This document shows, in pieces, positions 40,734-48,884 of a DNA stretch of 64,000 nt (within the stretch, counting starts at the first letter, position 1; each line of letters begins with the position of its first letter). The notes beneath the pieces are model-generated. The model saw nothing but the letters and a program-made list of their open reading frames with translations, ran no database searches and was not told the origin of the DNA. The stretch spans positions 2,808-66,807 of the forward strand of contig CAYVRJ010000005.1 of assembly GCA_964453645.1 (NCBI GenBank), given 5' to 3'. Both the position numbers and the translations under genes were made by a program. Source of the DNA: an uncultured Clostridia bacterium (GTDB lineage Bacteria > Bacillota > Clostridia > Christensenellales > JAWKQI01).

Positions 40734-40762
40734 ATTATATTTCCCCTCTTTTAAAATGTCAA
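40734..40762 (-). promoter_or_regulatory. consensus promoter of small RNA 1
   Basis: Minus strand TTGACA (40762-40757), 17 nt, TATAAT (40739-40734). Confidence 0.6.
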
Positions 40763-40818
40763 TATTTCTTGCAGTGTTTGTGCACTTGATTTATAATGTA
40801 TGCGAGGAGGATGTGGCC

Positions 40819-42027
40819 ATGTGTGATACAATGGGTTTTATCAAAGGCGGTAACGCTTTCTTTGCCAAAAACAGCGACCGTAGTCCCAACGAACCTCAGG
40901 TTGTGGAATTTCATCCCGCCAAAAAGTGTGAGGAATCAATCCTTAAGGTTACCTATATTGAAATTCCCCAGGTAAAGCACACCCATGCCGTGCTGCTCTC
41001 CCGTCCCGCCTGGATGTGGGGTGCAGAGATTGGGGTGAACGATTGCGGGGTTTGCATCGGCAACGAAGCGGTGTTCACCAAAGGTTCCTATCCCCCCTCG
41101 GGGCTTACCGGCATGGATTTGCTGCGACTCGCCCTGGAGCGGGGAGACAGTGCAAAAGCTGCACTGGAACTCATCATAACCCAACTGGAAGAGCACGGCC
41201 AAGGGGGTAATTGCGGTTTTGATAAAAACTTTTACTACGACAACTCCTTCCTCATCATGGATACCAGCGAACTCTATATTTTAGAAACTTCGGCAAAGGA
41301 TTGGGTGTATAAAAAGGTAAACGTTGCCACTATTTCCAACAGATTGTCTATTGGCACAGATGGCACGGCATATCACGCGGGCACCCCCTATGACTTTAAA
41401 AAGAAACATTCCGATCCGGTGTATTCCCATTTTTCGGGTTCTAAGGAGCGCCAGCGCCAAACAGCAAGCTGCCTACCCGGTGCACGGGATGTGCTGGGCC
41501 TCATGTCTGCCCTGCGCACCCACGGTGAATTTGCGCAAAACCCCCTGACTTGCGGTAATGTCCGTTCGACCTGTATGCACGCCGGGGGCTTGATTGGCGA
41601 CCACACCACCCAAAGTATGATCGTTGAACTGGGTACGACCCCCATCATTTGGACGACGGGTTGTTCCACCCCCTGTATATCCGTCTTTAAACCCTATGCC
41701 TTTGGAAATGCACCTGTTGGCCCGGTATTTAAACCGGAAGATACCCAGAGCGCTCAGTATTGGTTGAAGCGAGAGGAATTTCACAGGAGTGTGATTGGAA
41801 AGCAACTTCCCTTTGAATATTATATGGAGCGGGATGCGTTGGAGCAAAGTTTTATAGACCGAGCCGATGGCCTTTCCCGGTTGGAAATGGAGCAACTCTC
41901 CCGCACTGCCCACGAGGAGGAGTGTGCCTTTTATAGCAAGTGGGGCAAACGGGTATTTGTTTCCCTACAGTGCTCCAGCCGGTTTTTAAATTATTGGAAA
42001 AAGAAAAACAGTACACTTAACAAATAA
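40819..42027 (+). CDS. peptidase C69 / secernin-like Ntn hydrolase
   Basis: The protein begins MCDT, placing the nucleophile Cys at residue 2, and carries AKNSDRSPNEPQ. ATG at 40819 lies 7 nt after GAGGAGGA. The track start at 40756 overlaps the small-RNA promoter and is rejected. Confidence 0.75.
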   Translation: MCDTMGFIKGGNAFFAKNSDRSPNEPQVVEFHPAKKCEESILKVTYIEIPQVKHTHAVLLSRPAWMWGAEIGVNDCGVCIGNEAVFTKGSYPPSGLTGMDLLRLALERGDSAKAALELIITQLEEHGQGGNCGFDKNFYYDNSFLIMDTSELYILETSAKDWVYKKVNVATISNRLSIGTDGTAYHAGTPYDFKKKHSDPVYSHFSGSKERQRQTASCLPGARDVLGLMSALRTHGEFAQNPLTCGNVRSTCMHAGGLIGDHTTQSMIVELGTTPIIWTTGCSTPCISVFKPYAFGNAPVGPVFKPEDTQSAQYWLKREEFHRSVIGKQLPFEYYMERDALEQSFIDRADGLSRLEMEQLSRTAHEEECAFYSKWGKRVFVSLQCSSRFLNYWKKKNSTLNK

Positions 42028-42056
42028 CTATTTCAACTTTTATGTATTTTTATGTA

Positions 42057-42085
42057 TTGCATTATTTGTAGAAACATGGTATTGT
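42057..42085 (+). promoter_or_regulatory. promoter of small peptide gene 2
   Basis: TTGCAT, 17 nt, TATTGT with TG extension. Paralogous to 40490-40518. Confidence 0.55.
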
Positions 42086-42154
42086 TGATACATAAGAGCG
42101 CACCCCTCGGGTGGACGGTTTTGTTCCCCAATACGAAAGATTGGGGGTGATACT

Positions 42155-42244
42155 ATGGATCTCAGCTTAGCATTACAACTGCTTCAGCTAGTAGTATCTG
42201 TTATCGCCTTAATTGTTGCAATTGAGCAGCTAAAGAGCCGATAA
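42155..42244 (+). CDS. 29-aa hydrophobic peptide, candidate type I toxin (holin-like-toxin resemblance)
   Basis: MDLSLALQLLQLVVSVIALIVAIEQLKSR. SD GGGGGTGA lies 4 nt upstream. The 3' end overlaps a convergent small RNA. Confidence 0.5.
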   Translation: MDLSLALQLLQLVVSVIALIVAIEQLKSR

Positions 42245-42334
42245 AACGAGAACAGCCGTCTATTTTCGACTGAACGGCTGTTCCGATTATAAACCGTTTT
42301 GTATGGAGCAGACCGTTCACCCGGTGTGCTCTTT
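42241..42334 (-). ncRNA. candidate antisense small RNA 2 (approx 94 nt)
   Basis: Consensus promoter upstream. Terminator GAACAGCCGT-14 nt-ACGGCTGTTC (42250-42283) is followed by TCGTTTTAT on the minus strand only. Confidence 0.5.
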
Positions 42335-42340
42335 GTATAT

Positions 42341-42369
42341 ATTATACAGTTCCCCTGGCACACTGTCAA
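42341..42369 (-). promoter_or_regulatory. consensus promoter of small RNA 2
   Basis: Minus strand TTGACA (42369-42364), 17 nt, TGTATAAT (42348-42341). Confidence 0.6.
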
Positions 42370-42444
42370 TACCCCGTCAAAAAAGAAAGGCTTGTGGGTG
42401 CAACACACCAACAAAGCCTTTCTCATTTTAAAAATTTGTTTTTA

Positions 42445-43443
42445 TTACTGTTGTGCCTGCTCCACTGCAACCGCAACTGCAACCGAAGCGCCAACCATGG
42501 GGTTGTTACCCATGCCGATGAGGCCCATCATTTCAACGTGTGCGGGAACGGAGGACGAACCTGCAAACTGTGCATCGCCGTGCATACGTCCCATGGTGTC
42601 GGTCATGCCATAGGAAGCGGGACCTGCTGCCATGTTGTCGGGGTGGAGGGTTCTGCCCGTACCGCCGCCGGATGCCACGGAGAAGTATTTCTTGCCGTTC
42701 TCATACGCCCACTTCTTATAAGTTCCCGCAACGGGGTGCTGGAATCTGGTGGGGTTGGTGGAGTTTCCGGTGATAGATACGTCCACGCTCTCCTTTTGCA
42801 TAATGGCAACGCCTTCCAAAACGTCGTTTGCGCCGTAGCACTTTACTTTGGCACGTTCGCCATCCGAATATGCCTTTTCGTAGTTAACTTTTAAATCACC
42901 TGTGTAGAAATCATAGGTGGTGTCCACATACGTAAAGCCGTTGATCCGGGAGATGATGAACGCTGCATCTTTGCCAAGGCCGTTGAGGATAACCCGCAGG
43001 GGTACGTTTCTCACTTTATTGGCTGTCTTTGCAATGCCGATAGCTCCCTCTGCCGCAGCAAAGGATTCGTGTCCTGCTAAGAAGCAGAAGCAGTTTGTCT
43101 CTTCACGAAGAAGCATTGCCGCTAAGTTGCCGTGGCCCAAACCAACTTGGCGCTGGTCTGCAACGGAACCGGGAATACAAAACGCCTGCAAGCCAATGCC
43201 AATGGCCTCAGCAGCGTCTGCTGCCTTCTTGCAGCCCTTCTTAAGAGCAATGGCGCAACCCAGCATATATGCATACACTGCGTTATCAAAGGCGATGGGC
43301 TGAACGCCCTTCACGATTTCATCCACATCGATGCCCTTAGATTTTGTAAACTCTTGAACTTCTTCTAAAGAAGCAAAGCCGTATTCTTTCAGGCATTTTT
43401 CAATTTGCTTGATTCTTCTGTCGTAACCTTCAAATCTAATCAT
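42445..43443 (-). CDS. GGGtGRT family protein (conserved, function unknown)
   Basis: 332 aa containing the eponymous SGGGTGRTLHPDN motif. Confidence 0.8.
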   Translation of the reverse strand: MIRFEGYDRRIKQIEKCLKEYGFASLEEVQEFTKSKGIDVDEIVKGVQPIAFDNAVYAYMLGCAIALKKGCKKAADAAEAIGIGLQAFCIPGSVADQRQVGLGHGNLAAMLLREETNCFCFLAGHESFAAAEGAIGIAKTANKVRNVPLRVILNGLGKDAAFIISRINGFTYVDTTYDFYTGDLKVNYEKAYSDGERAKVKCYGANDVLEGVAIMQKESVDVSITGNSTNPTRFQHPVAGTYKKWAYENGKKYFSVASGGGTGRTLHPDNMAAGPASYGMTDTMGRMHGDAQFAGSSSVPAHVEMMGLIGMGNNPMVGASVAVAVAVEQAQQ

Positions 43444-43460
43444 GGTTTTGCACCCCCTTC

Positions 43461-44153
43461 TTATTCGTGCCGGGGGTCAATGGTTTTGACCGCCTGAGCA
43501 AATCTGCCGTATGTACCGATGTTCTTTTCATACGCCTCTTTCACGTCCACACCCTTTTTGATGGCATCTAACATCTTACCCAAGTGCAGGAATTTATACC
43601 CGATCACTTCGCTGTTGTCATCCAGACCCATTTCTAAGATGTAACCCTCTGCCATTTCTAAGTATCTCACGCCCTTTTCCTTGGTGCCGAACATGGTGCC
43701 AACTTGTGAACGCAAGCCCTTGCCCAAGTCTTCCAGGCCAGCGCCAATGGGCAATCCGTCTTCGGAGAAAGCGGTTTGGGTTCTGCCGTATGCGATTTGC
43801 AAGAACAGCTCCCGCATTGCGGTGTTGATGGCATCGCACACCAAATCTGTGTTGAGCGCTTCCAAAACGGTTTTACCCGTCAACACTTCGCAAGCCATGG
43901 CCGCGGAGTGGGTCATACCCGAACAACCTAAGGTTTCGATTAACGCCTCTTCGATAATGCCGTCTTTGACGTTGAGGGTTAACTTGCACGCACCCTGCTG
44001 AGGCGCACACCAGCCCACACCGTGCGTTAAGCCTGAAATATCTTTAATTTCCTTGGCTTCCACCCATCTGCCCTCTTGGGGGATGGGGGCAGGACCGTGG
44101 CAAGGTCCTTTTTTTACGCAAATCATTTGTTCCACTTCATGGGAGAATTGCAC
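43461..44153 (-). CDS. NifU/IscU-like Fe-S scaffold-domain protein (partner of the GGGtGRT gene)
   Basis: Cys-containing GWCAPQQGAC and LGCSGMTHSAAMACE. GTG start at 44153 lies 8 nt after AAGGAGGG. The gene is 17 nt upstream of the GGGtGRT gene. Confidence 0.65.
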   Translation of the reverse strand: MQFSHEVEQMICVKKGPCHGPAPIPQEGRWVEAKEIKDISGLTHGVGWCAPQQGACKLTLNVKDGIIEEALIETLGCSGMTHSAAMACEVLTGKTVLEALNTDLVCDAINTAMRELFLQIAYGRTQTAFSEDGLPIGAGLEDLGKGLRSQVGTMFGTKEKGVRYLEMAEGYILEMGLDDNSEVIGYKFLHLGKMLDAIKKGVDVKEAYEKNIGTYGRFAQAVKTIDPRHE

Positions 44154-44443
44154 TTTATTTGCCCTCCTTGGTATTTTTAAAATAAAAGCTAAATAAATTA
44201 TACCACAGCTTGTACTAGCCATACAAATCTTTTTTTGTGAAAATTCGATCAATAGATACTGGAAATTTTAAAAGGGCTGTTTTAAACACTTTAAAAAGCC
44301 CCTTTTTACTATATTCTTTGTAATTATGCCTCTACTGTAACCGTTCCGCCACCAATGCCCACCGAGATGCAGCATCCCGGAACTGAAATACCAATTGAAG
44401 TAGAAGTTCAATATTCCCTTTAAACCCAAGAAACAAAAGCAGC

Positions 44444-44833
44444 TTACTCCTGCTCTTCGATTTTAAACTCTGTAAAATACTCCCCGTCCACCTGCACCTT
44501 CCTATACCACAGTAGGGACATAATGCCGCTCAGCAGCAAAAACAGGGCAAATCCACACACCAAGTATTGGCTCAGGGCACTGCCTGCGGGGTTTAACAAT
44601 TGATTTACAAATACAAAAATTCCGCAAACGCCGTTGAGCAAACCGCCGATAAATATTTTTTTGGCGTTCTGACGAAAAATGAGCATGGCCGTCACCACCG
44701 GCACAATAAAAATCAGCAGCATCATCGAAACGCCGTTTTTTAGGCTGTTGATGGAGAGGATTAATATAAATAGGGAAAAAACCGTACAAATTGCCGAAAA
44801 AATCCTCGAAACAAACAATAAACCTCTCTTCAT
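44444..44833 (-). CDS. hypothetical 4-TM membrane protein
   Basis: 129 aa with four hydrophobic segments. No recognisable motif. Confidence 0.55.
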   Translation of the reverse strand: MKRGLLFVSRIFSAICTVFSLFILILSINSLKNGVSMMLLIFIVPVVTAMLIFRQNAKKIFIGGLLNGVCGIFVFVNQLLNPAGSALSQYLVCGFALFLLLSGIMSLLWYRKVQVDGEYFTEFKIEEQE

Positions 44834-45112
44834 TTCATCCTCCGCACAACGTTCTCTTTTAAAAAAGTCAATCTATTCTTAATATTTATTTTCAATTTAT
44901 AATACCGTCCGTTATTTATGTGGGGACAGGGTTTTCATTTACCCAAGTTCTCCAATAGATAGTGTATGCGCAAATGGAGTTATGGGTGCGCTACTCTCAA
45001 ATCTTATCACGAATCTTCAACCTTGGCAAGTTTCAAAAATAGTTTTTTGCAGATCCTGTAAACATTGATTTTTGCAGCAATTTGTGATAGAATATACTTG
45101 AGGAGTGTGTGT

Positions 45113-45847
45113 ATGCTAAAGAAATATGGAATTTATGAAGAAGAAAAAATGTTGTTTTCTTCCCACTGCGATATGTTTGGCAGGTGGAAAATATCCGATA
45201 TCTTGATTTCCATGCAGGAGATAGCCGGTATCAGCGCACATTATATGGGTGCTGGGCGGGAAACCCTCATCCACCACGGCATTGTGTGGGTGATCTCCCG
45301 AGGTTATGTGACTATGGAGAGATATCCGAACTTTTTGGATACAGTGAAGATTAAAACCTATCCCAAGGGGCCAAAAGGGGTGTTCTTCCCCCGTTTTTTC
45401 ACCTTTGAAGATGTAAAGACGGGAGAAACGTTGGGTTGTGCGTCCACATCGTGGCTGTTGTTCTCTTTGGAGCATCGGCGGGTACTTCGCCCTCAAAACA
45501 TACCCGTTTCCTTTGAGACCGACGAGAGCCTGCAAAACATTCTTCCTCCACCCGAGAAGATTGTTACACCGCAAGATATGGAGCACAAAACCACCCGCAC
45601 GGTGTTGTTTTCGGAGTGCGACATCAACGGGCACATGAACAACTCCAAGTATGCGGAATATGTGCTTGATTTGCTGCCTATCGAGTATTTGGAAAAGAAG
45701 ATGCCCAAGGAGCTGACCATTAATTACAATGCGGAGGCTATGCTGGGCACCCAGGTGGAGATGTATACGGCGGTGGACGGCAACACGTTTTATGCTGCTG
45801 GGCGCACGGCCGGCAAGAATGTTTTTGATACGAAATTGATATTGTAG
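45113..45847 (+). CDS. acyl-ACP thioesterase
   Basis: Double hot-dog pattern (GIVWVISR...; ECDINGHMNNSKY). ATG at 45113 follows GAGGAG. Confidence 0.8.
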   Translation: MLKKYGIYEEEKMLFSSHCDMFGRWKISDILISMQEIAGISAHYMGAGRETLIHHGIVWVISRGYVTMERYPNFLDTVKIKTYPKGPKGVFFPRFFTFEDVKTGETLGCASTSWLLFSLEHRRVLRPQNIPVSFETDESLQNILPPPEKIVTPQDMEHKTTRTVLFSECDINGHMNNSKYAEYVLDLLPIEYLEKKMPKELTINYNAEAMLGTQVEMYTAVDGNTFYAAGRTAGKNVFDTKLIL

Positions 45848-45855
45848 TTTTTTTT

Positions 45856-46006
45856 GTGGGTTTTGCACCACACCCACCAAAAGGAAATTTTGCAAAAATC
45901 CCCTTTGGAAACCCAAAAACTTTTTGTTGCAAAAGCTATTGCTCTTGATATAAGAGGGGTCAAGGGGGAATCATTCCCCCTTGCGGTGTTTGGGGCGGAG
46001 CCCCAA
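45856..46006. repeat. mosaic hairpin-module element, locus E
   Basis: An M6 variant; ACCCACCAAAAGGAAATTTTGCAAAAATCCCCTTTGGAAACCCAAAAAC; a degenerate M5; GGGGGAATCATTCCCCC; TTGGGGCGGAGCCCCAA. Confidence 0.85.
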
Positions 46007-46017
46007 GAAAAGAGCCC

Positions 46018-46362
46018 CTATACATTTTTGCCCTGATGGTACGTATACGTCTTTTTAGGCTTCTTCTTGGATGTCTTGTTGACAATCCACTTGATAATCG
46101 AAGAGATACCGGCCAAATAAATAGCAAAACCCAGCACAATACCCAACAGGGTGTAGAGCCGAATCTCAAAGGACGCAAGAATATACAACACGCAAGAGGA
46201 AATAGCCATCGCACAAAGACAAAACAAAAGATCCAACAACAGTTGAATAAACCGCTGCTTAAAGGCCAGCTTGAGCAAGCGGAAAATATCATAAATCCCC
46301 CCCAAAGCCAAACCGGCATACAACGCCCCTAAAAATACCATCGCTTGATTTTGTGCATCCAT
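46018..46362 (-). CDS. yabQ: spore cortex biosynthesis protein YabQ
   Basis: 114 aa, 3-4 TM segments, Lys-rich tail. Immediately downstream of yabP. Confidence 0.75.
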   Translation of the reverse strand: MDAQNQAMVFLGALYAGLALGGIYDIFRLLKLAFKQRFIQLLLDLLFCLCAMAISSCVLYILASFEIRLYTLLGIVLGFAIYLAGISSIIKWIVNKTSKKKPKKTYTYHQGKNV

Positions 46363-46364
46363 CT

Positions 46365-46658
46365 CTATTTAAACACCTTCGAAAAAAATCCTCCGCCACC
46401 CTGGCGCAATTCCTCGTGATCAGCATAATCCAACGCCTGAATCTTACCCTCAATCACCAGTGTCGCATCCTCTAGGTTCAACTTGCCGATGTGCAGGTCG
46501 TATCCCGTTATGGTCACTGCACCATAGCTTGTTAAAAATATAATTTCATTTTCGTTAAAGCTGTCCACGTCCAGTACCCCCGTAACGTGGATGCGCTCCC
46601 TGGATTCAATGGTGACTTTGTGCGGCTTTTCGGGCACCAGCCGGATATCTTCTGCCAT
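46365..46658 (-). CDS. yabP: sporulation protein YabP
   Basis: HKVTIESRERIHVTGVLDVDSFNENEIIFLTSYGAVTITG. ATG at 46658 lies 7 nt after AAGGAGGG. Confidence 0.85.
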   Translation of the reverse strand: MAEDIRLVPEKPHKVTIESRERIHVTGVLDVDSFNENEIIFLTSYGAVTITGYDLHIGKLNLEDATLVIEGKIQALDYADHEELRQGGGGFFSKVFK

Positions 46659-46777
46659 GTGTCTTCCCTCCTTGGTATTCATTCACTATTTTATATATAT
46701 TCAGTTTTTTTGCTTTTAGAATGATCGCAGATATGTTATGATGTTGTTGAATTTATTATTAACGAAGGTTCGTAATC

Positions 46778-47962
46778 ATGCAGTTCATTGGCGAAAATAA
46801 AAATATCATACAAATTAACGCTGTGTTCATCGAGGACTATATCCCCGATGCCCCCGGCGATTTTGTAAAAGCGTATCTATACGCCCTCAAATGCTTTCAG
46901 TTGGGACAAACTCCCACCTTTTTAAACATGTGTGGTCAATTAAAATTATCCCCCGACATCGTGCGCCGTGCCTTTGACTATTGGCAGGACATGGGTGTCA
47001 TCAAATACCAGGGGGAGAGCGACGTAACCCTTGAGTTTTTAAACATGCAGCCCAAAAAAGCCAACCACCTCTACACCCACGGGGAATTTAACGTGACTCT
47101 GCAAAAAATCTTTGGAATGCGTGTACTGACTCCCGAGGAATACGAATGTATATACGACTTTACCGATAAATTTAAATTACCCCAAGAAGTGGTCATCCTC
47201 ATGTTGGAGTATTGCGTGCGCCTGGCGGGGCAGGGTGTGAAGATGAACTACATCCGCTCAGTGGCGAACACTTGGCTGGAAAAGGGCATTAAGGATATCG
47301 ACACTGCGCTAGAATATACGGACAACTACGACAAAAAGAACCACAACGCCTCCGCCGTGTTAAAGAGATTGGGCATTACGGGCAGATTACCCACCACCGA
47401 CGAAATCGCACTGTACAACAAGTGGGAAAAGGAGATGGGTTTTTCCCTCAACGCAATTCTGTTGGCCTGCACCAAGACCACGTCGGCATCCCGTCCCTCC
47501 TTTAAATACTTGGACAGCATCTTAAAAACCCTGCACAAGCTGGGTTTGGTTCGCTCCTCCGACGTACTCTCCCACTTTGAAGATGAAAAGGTTCGCAGGG
47601 AGCTGATTGCACAGGTGAAAAATGCCTTGGGCGATCGCACGGAGATCACCGCCTTTGACCGGGAGAACTACCTCTACTGGACGAGTTTGGGTCTTTCCCA
47701 CGAGCTCATTTTGTTCGGCTGCAAGAGTGCCTCCCTTGCTAAAAATCCAAAGAAATATTTATATGCCCTCATGTCCGACTGGGCGGCCAAGGGAATTCAA
47801 ACCATTCATCAGGCGCAGCAGGAGATTGAGCGCAACAACGTTTCCAATTTGCAAAAGCCAACGGTCAACAACAAAGTGATGCCCTTTGAACAGCGCACCA
47901 TCGATGTGGAATACGTCCGGCAAAAGCTGTCGGCCCTGCCCGTTGAGGAGGATGGCATATGA
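46778..47962 (+). CDS. DnaD-domain replication initiation/helicase-loading protein
   Basis: Two DnaB_2/DnaD-type repeats (KMNYIRSVANTWLEKGI; KKYLYALMSDWAAKGI). Upstream of and overlapping a DnaI-like ATPase gene. Confidence 0.75.
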   Translation: MQFIGENKNIIQINAVFIEDYIPDAPGDFVKAYLYALKCFQLGQTPTFLNMCGQLKLSPDIVRRAFDYWQDMGVIKYQGESDVTLEFLNMQPKKANHLYTHGEFNVTLQKIFGMRVLTPEEYECIYDFTDKFKLPQEVVILMLEYCVRLAGQGVKMNYIRSVANTWLEKGIKDIDTALEYTDNYDKKNHNASAVLKRLGITGRLPTTDEIALYNKWEKEMGFSLNAILLACTKTTSASRPSFKYLDSILKTLHKLGLVRSSDVLSHFEDEKVRRELIAQVKNALGDRTEITAFDRENYLYWTSLGLSHELILFGCKSASLAKNPKKYLYALMSDWAAKGIQTIHQAQQEIERNNVSNLQKPTVNNKVMPFEQRTIDVEYVRQKLSALPVEEDGI

Positions 47963-48879
47963 GAATTTTAGAGATCATTTCGGATTACGATGCAATTGCC
48001 TTAAAAAACGATAAAAAGCACCGACAGCGGTTGGAGGAAGTGTTTCGGGTCTGCCCGAAACTTCAGGAAGTGTGGCAGGAAATTGAACTCACCCAAGTTC
48101 AGCGGCTTTCCAACGCACTGTTTATAAACCCGGAAAAGCGCAAGTTCGATGACGAAACCTTTCGCTCCTTGTTGCAAAAAAAAGTTGATTTACTAAAAGC
48201 TTCGGGGTTTGACGCAGAGTATTTAGACCCCATTTATAATTGCCCACTCTGTAAAGACACGGGGTATTCCGATTTGGAAAAGACAATTTATTGCACCTGC
48301 GTATTTGATAAGTTATACGCCCACCGCAAGAGGGAGCTTAGGCACGAAACCTCCATTGAGGATTTTGATTTTAAAGCCTACACCAACGAAGAGCATAAAA
48401 AAATATTGCAGACCATCGTCTCCAACTTAAAGATTTTTTTAAAGAAATATCCCGAAACCAAGAATAAGATTTTGGTGCTCTCTGGGGGCACGGGAGTTGG
48501 TAAAACTTTTTTGCTAAAATCCCTCACCAACAGCTTGCTGACCATGGGGGTGGATGCCCTGTACGCCACGGCCTTTGAAATGTTTGGAAAATTCCACAGC
48601 CACCGCTTGGGCAGTGACGCAGACATTGAACAGTACGAAAATGCAGAAGTGCTGCTCATCGACGATTTAGGCACCGAGGCCAACACAACCAATGTGACGG
48701 TGGAATATTTTTACCGATTGTTGGAACTGAGAAAATATAAATTGACATTCATTGCAACAAACCTCACTCCCGGCAAACAGATGATCGACAAATATGTGGA
48801 TCGAATCTTCTCCCGGCTGGTGGACGAGCGCAACGCCAAGTGGTATATGATCAAGGGTGTGGACTTGCGGCTCAGCTAG
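47959..48879 (+). CDS. DnaI/DnaC-like helicase loader ATPase
   Basis: Zn-knuckle CPLCKDTG...CTC, Walker A GGTGVGKT, Walker B LLIDDLG. Confidence 0.8.
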   Translation: MRILEIISDYDAIALKNDKKHRQRLEEVFRVCPKLQEVWQEIELTQVQRLSNALFINPEKRKFDDETFRSLLQKKVDLLKASGFDAEYLDPIYNCPLCKDTGYSDLEKTIYCTCVFDKLYAHRKRELRHETSIEDFDFKAYTNEEHKKILQTIVSNLKIFLKKYPETKNKILVLSGGTGVGKTFLLKSLTNSLLTMGVDALYATAFEMFGKFHSHRLGSDADIEQYENAEVLLIDDLGTEANTTNVTVEYFYRLLELRKYKLTFIATNLTPGKQMIDKYVDRIFSRLVDERNAKWYMIKGVDLRLS

Positions 48880-48884
48880 TTTTG

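Noticed and set aside
40756-40818. The upstream start (MSIFLAVFVHL...) for the C69 peptidase.
   Set aside because: C69/secernin-type Ntn hydrolases need the nucleophile Cys right after the initiator Met (MCDT at 40819). The upstream codons coincide with the -35 box of the convergent small-RNA promoter and with the gene's own TTGCAG-17-TATAAT promoter.
44300-44443. A possible small minus-strand ORF (about 35-48 aa, aromatic/Gly-rich: ...NWYFSSGMLHLGGHWWRNGYSRG...) downstream of the 44444-44833 membrane-protein gene.
   Set aside because: The start context is weak (TTG or an internal ATG, poor SD). The ORF runs through the hairpin at 44270-44307, and there is no supporting motif.
45116-45916. 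Long antisense ORFs inside well-supported genes. Examples: 45116-45916 (-) in the thioesterase, 53083-53817 (+) in the SDR, 10284-10793 (+) in folC, 20541-21155 (-) in pgpH, 6344-6835 (-) in the membrane protein, 790-1209 (-) across the tRNA.
   Set aside because: These are shadow frames of genes with clear family motifs on the other strand. They have low-complexity, Arg/His/Gly-rich translations and no start context.
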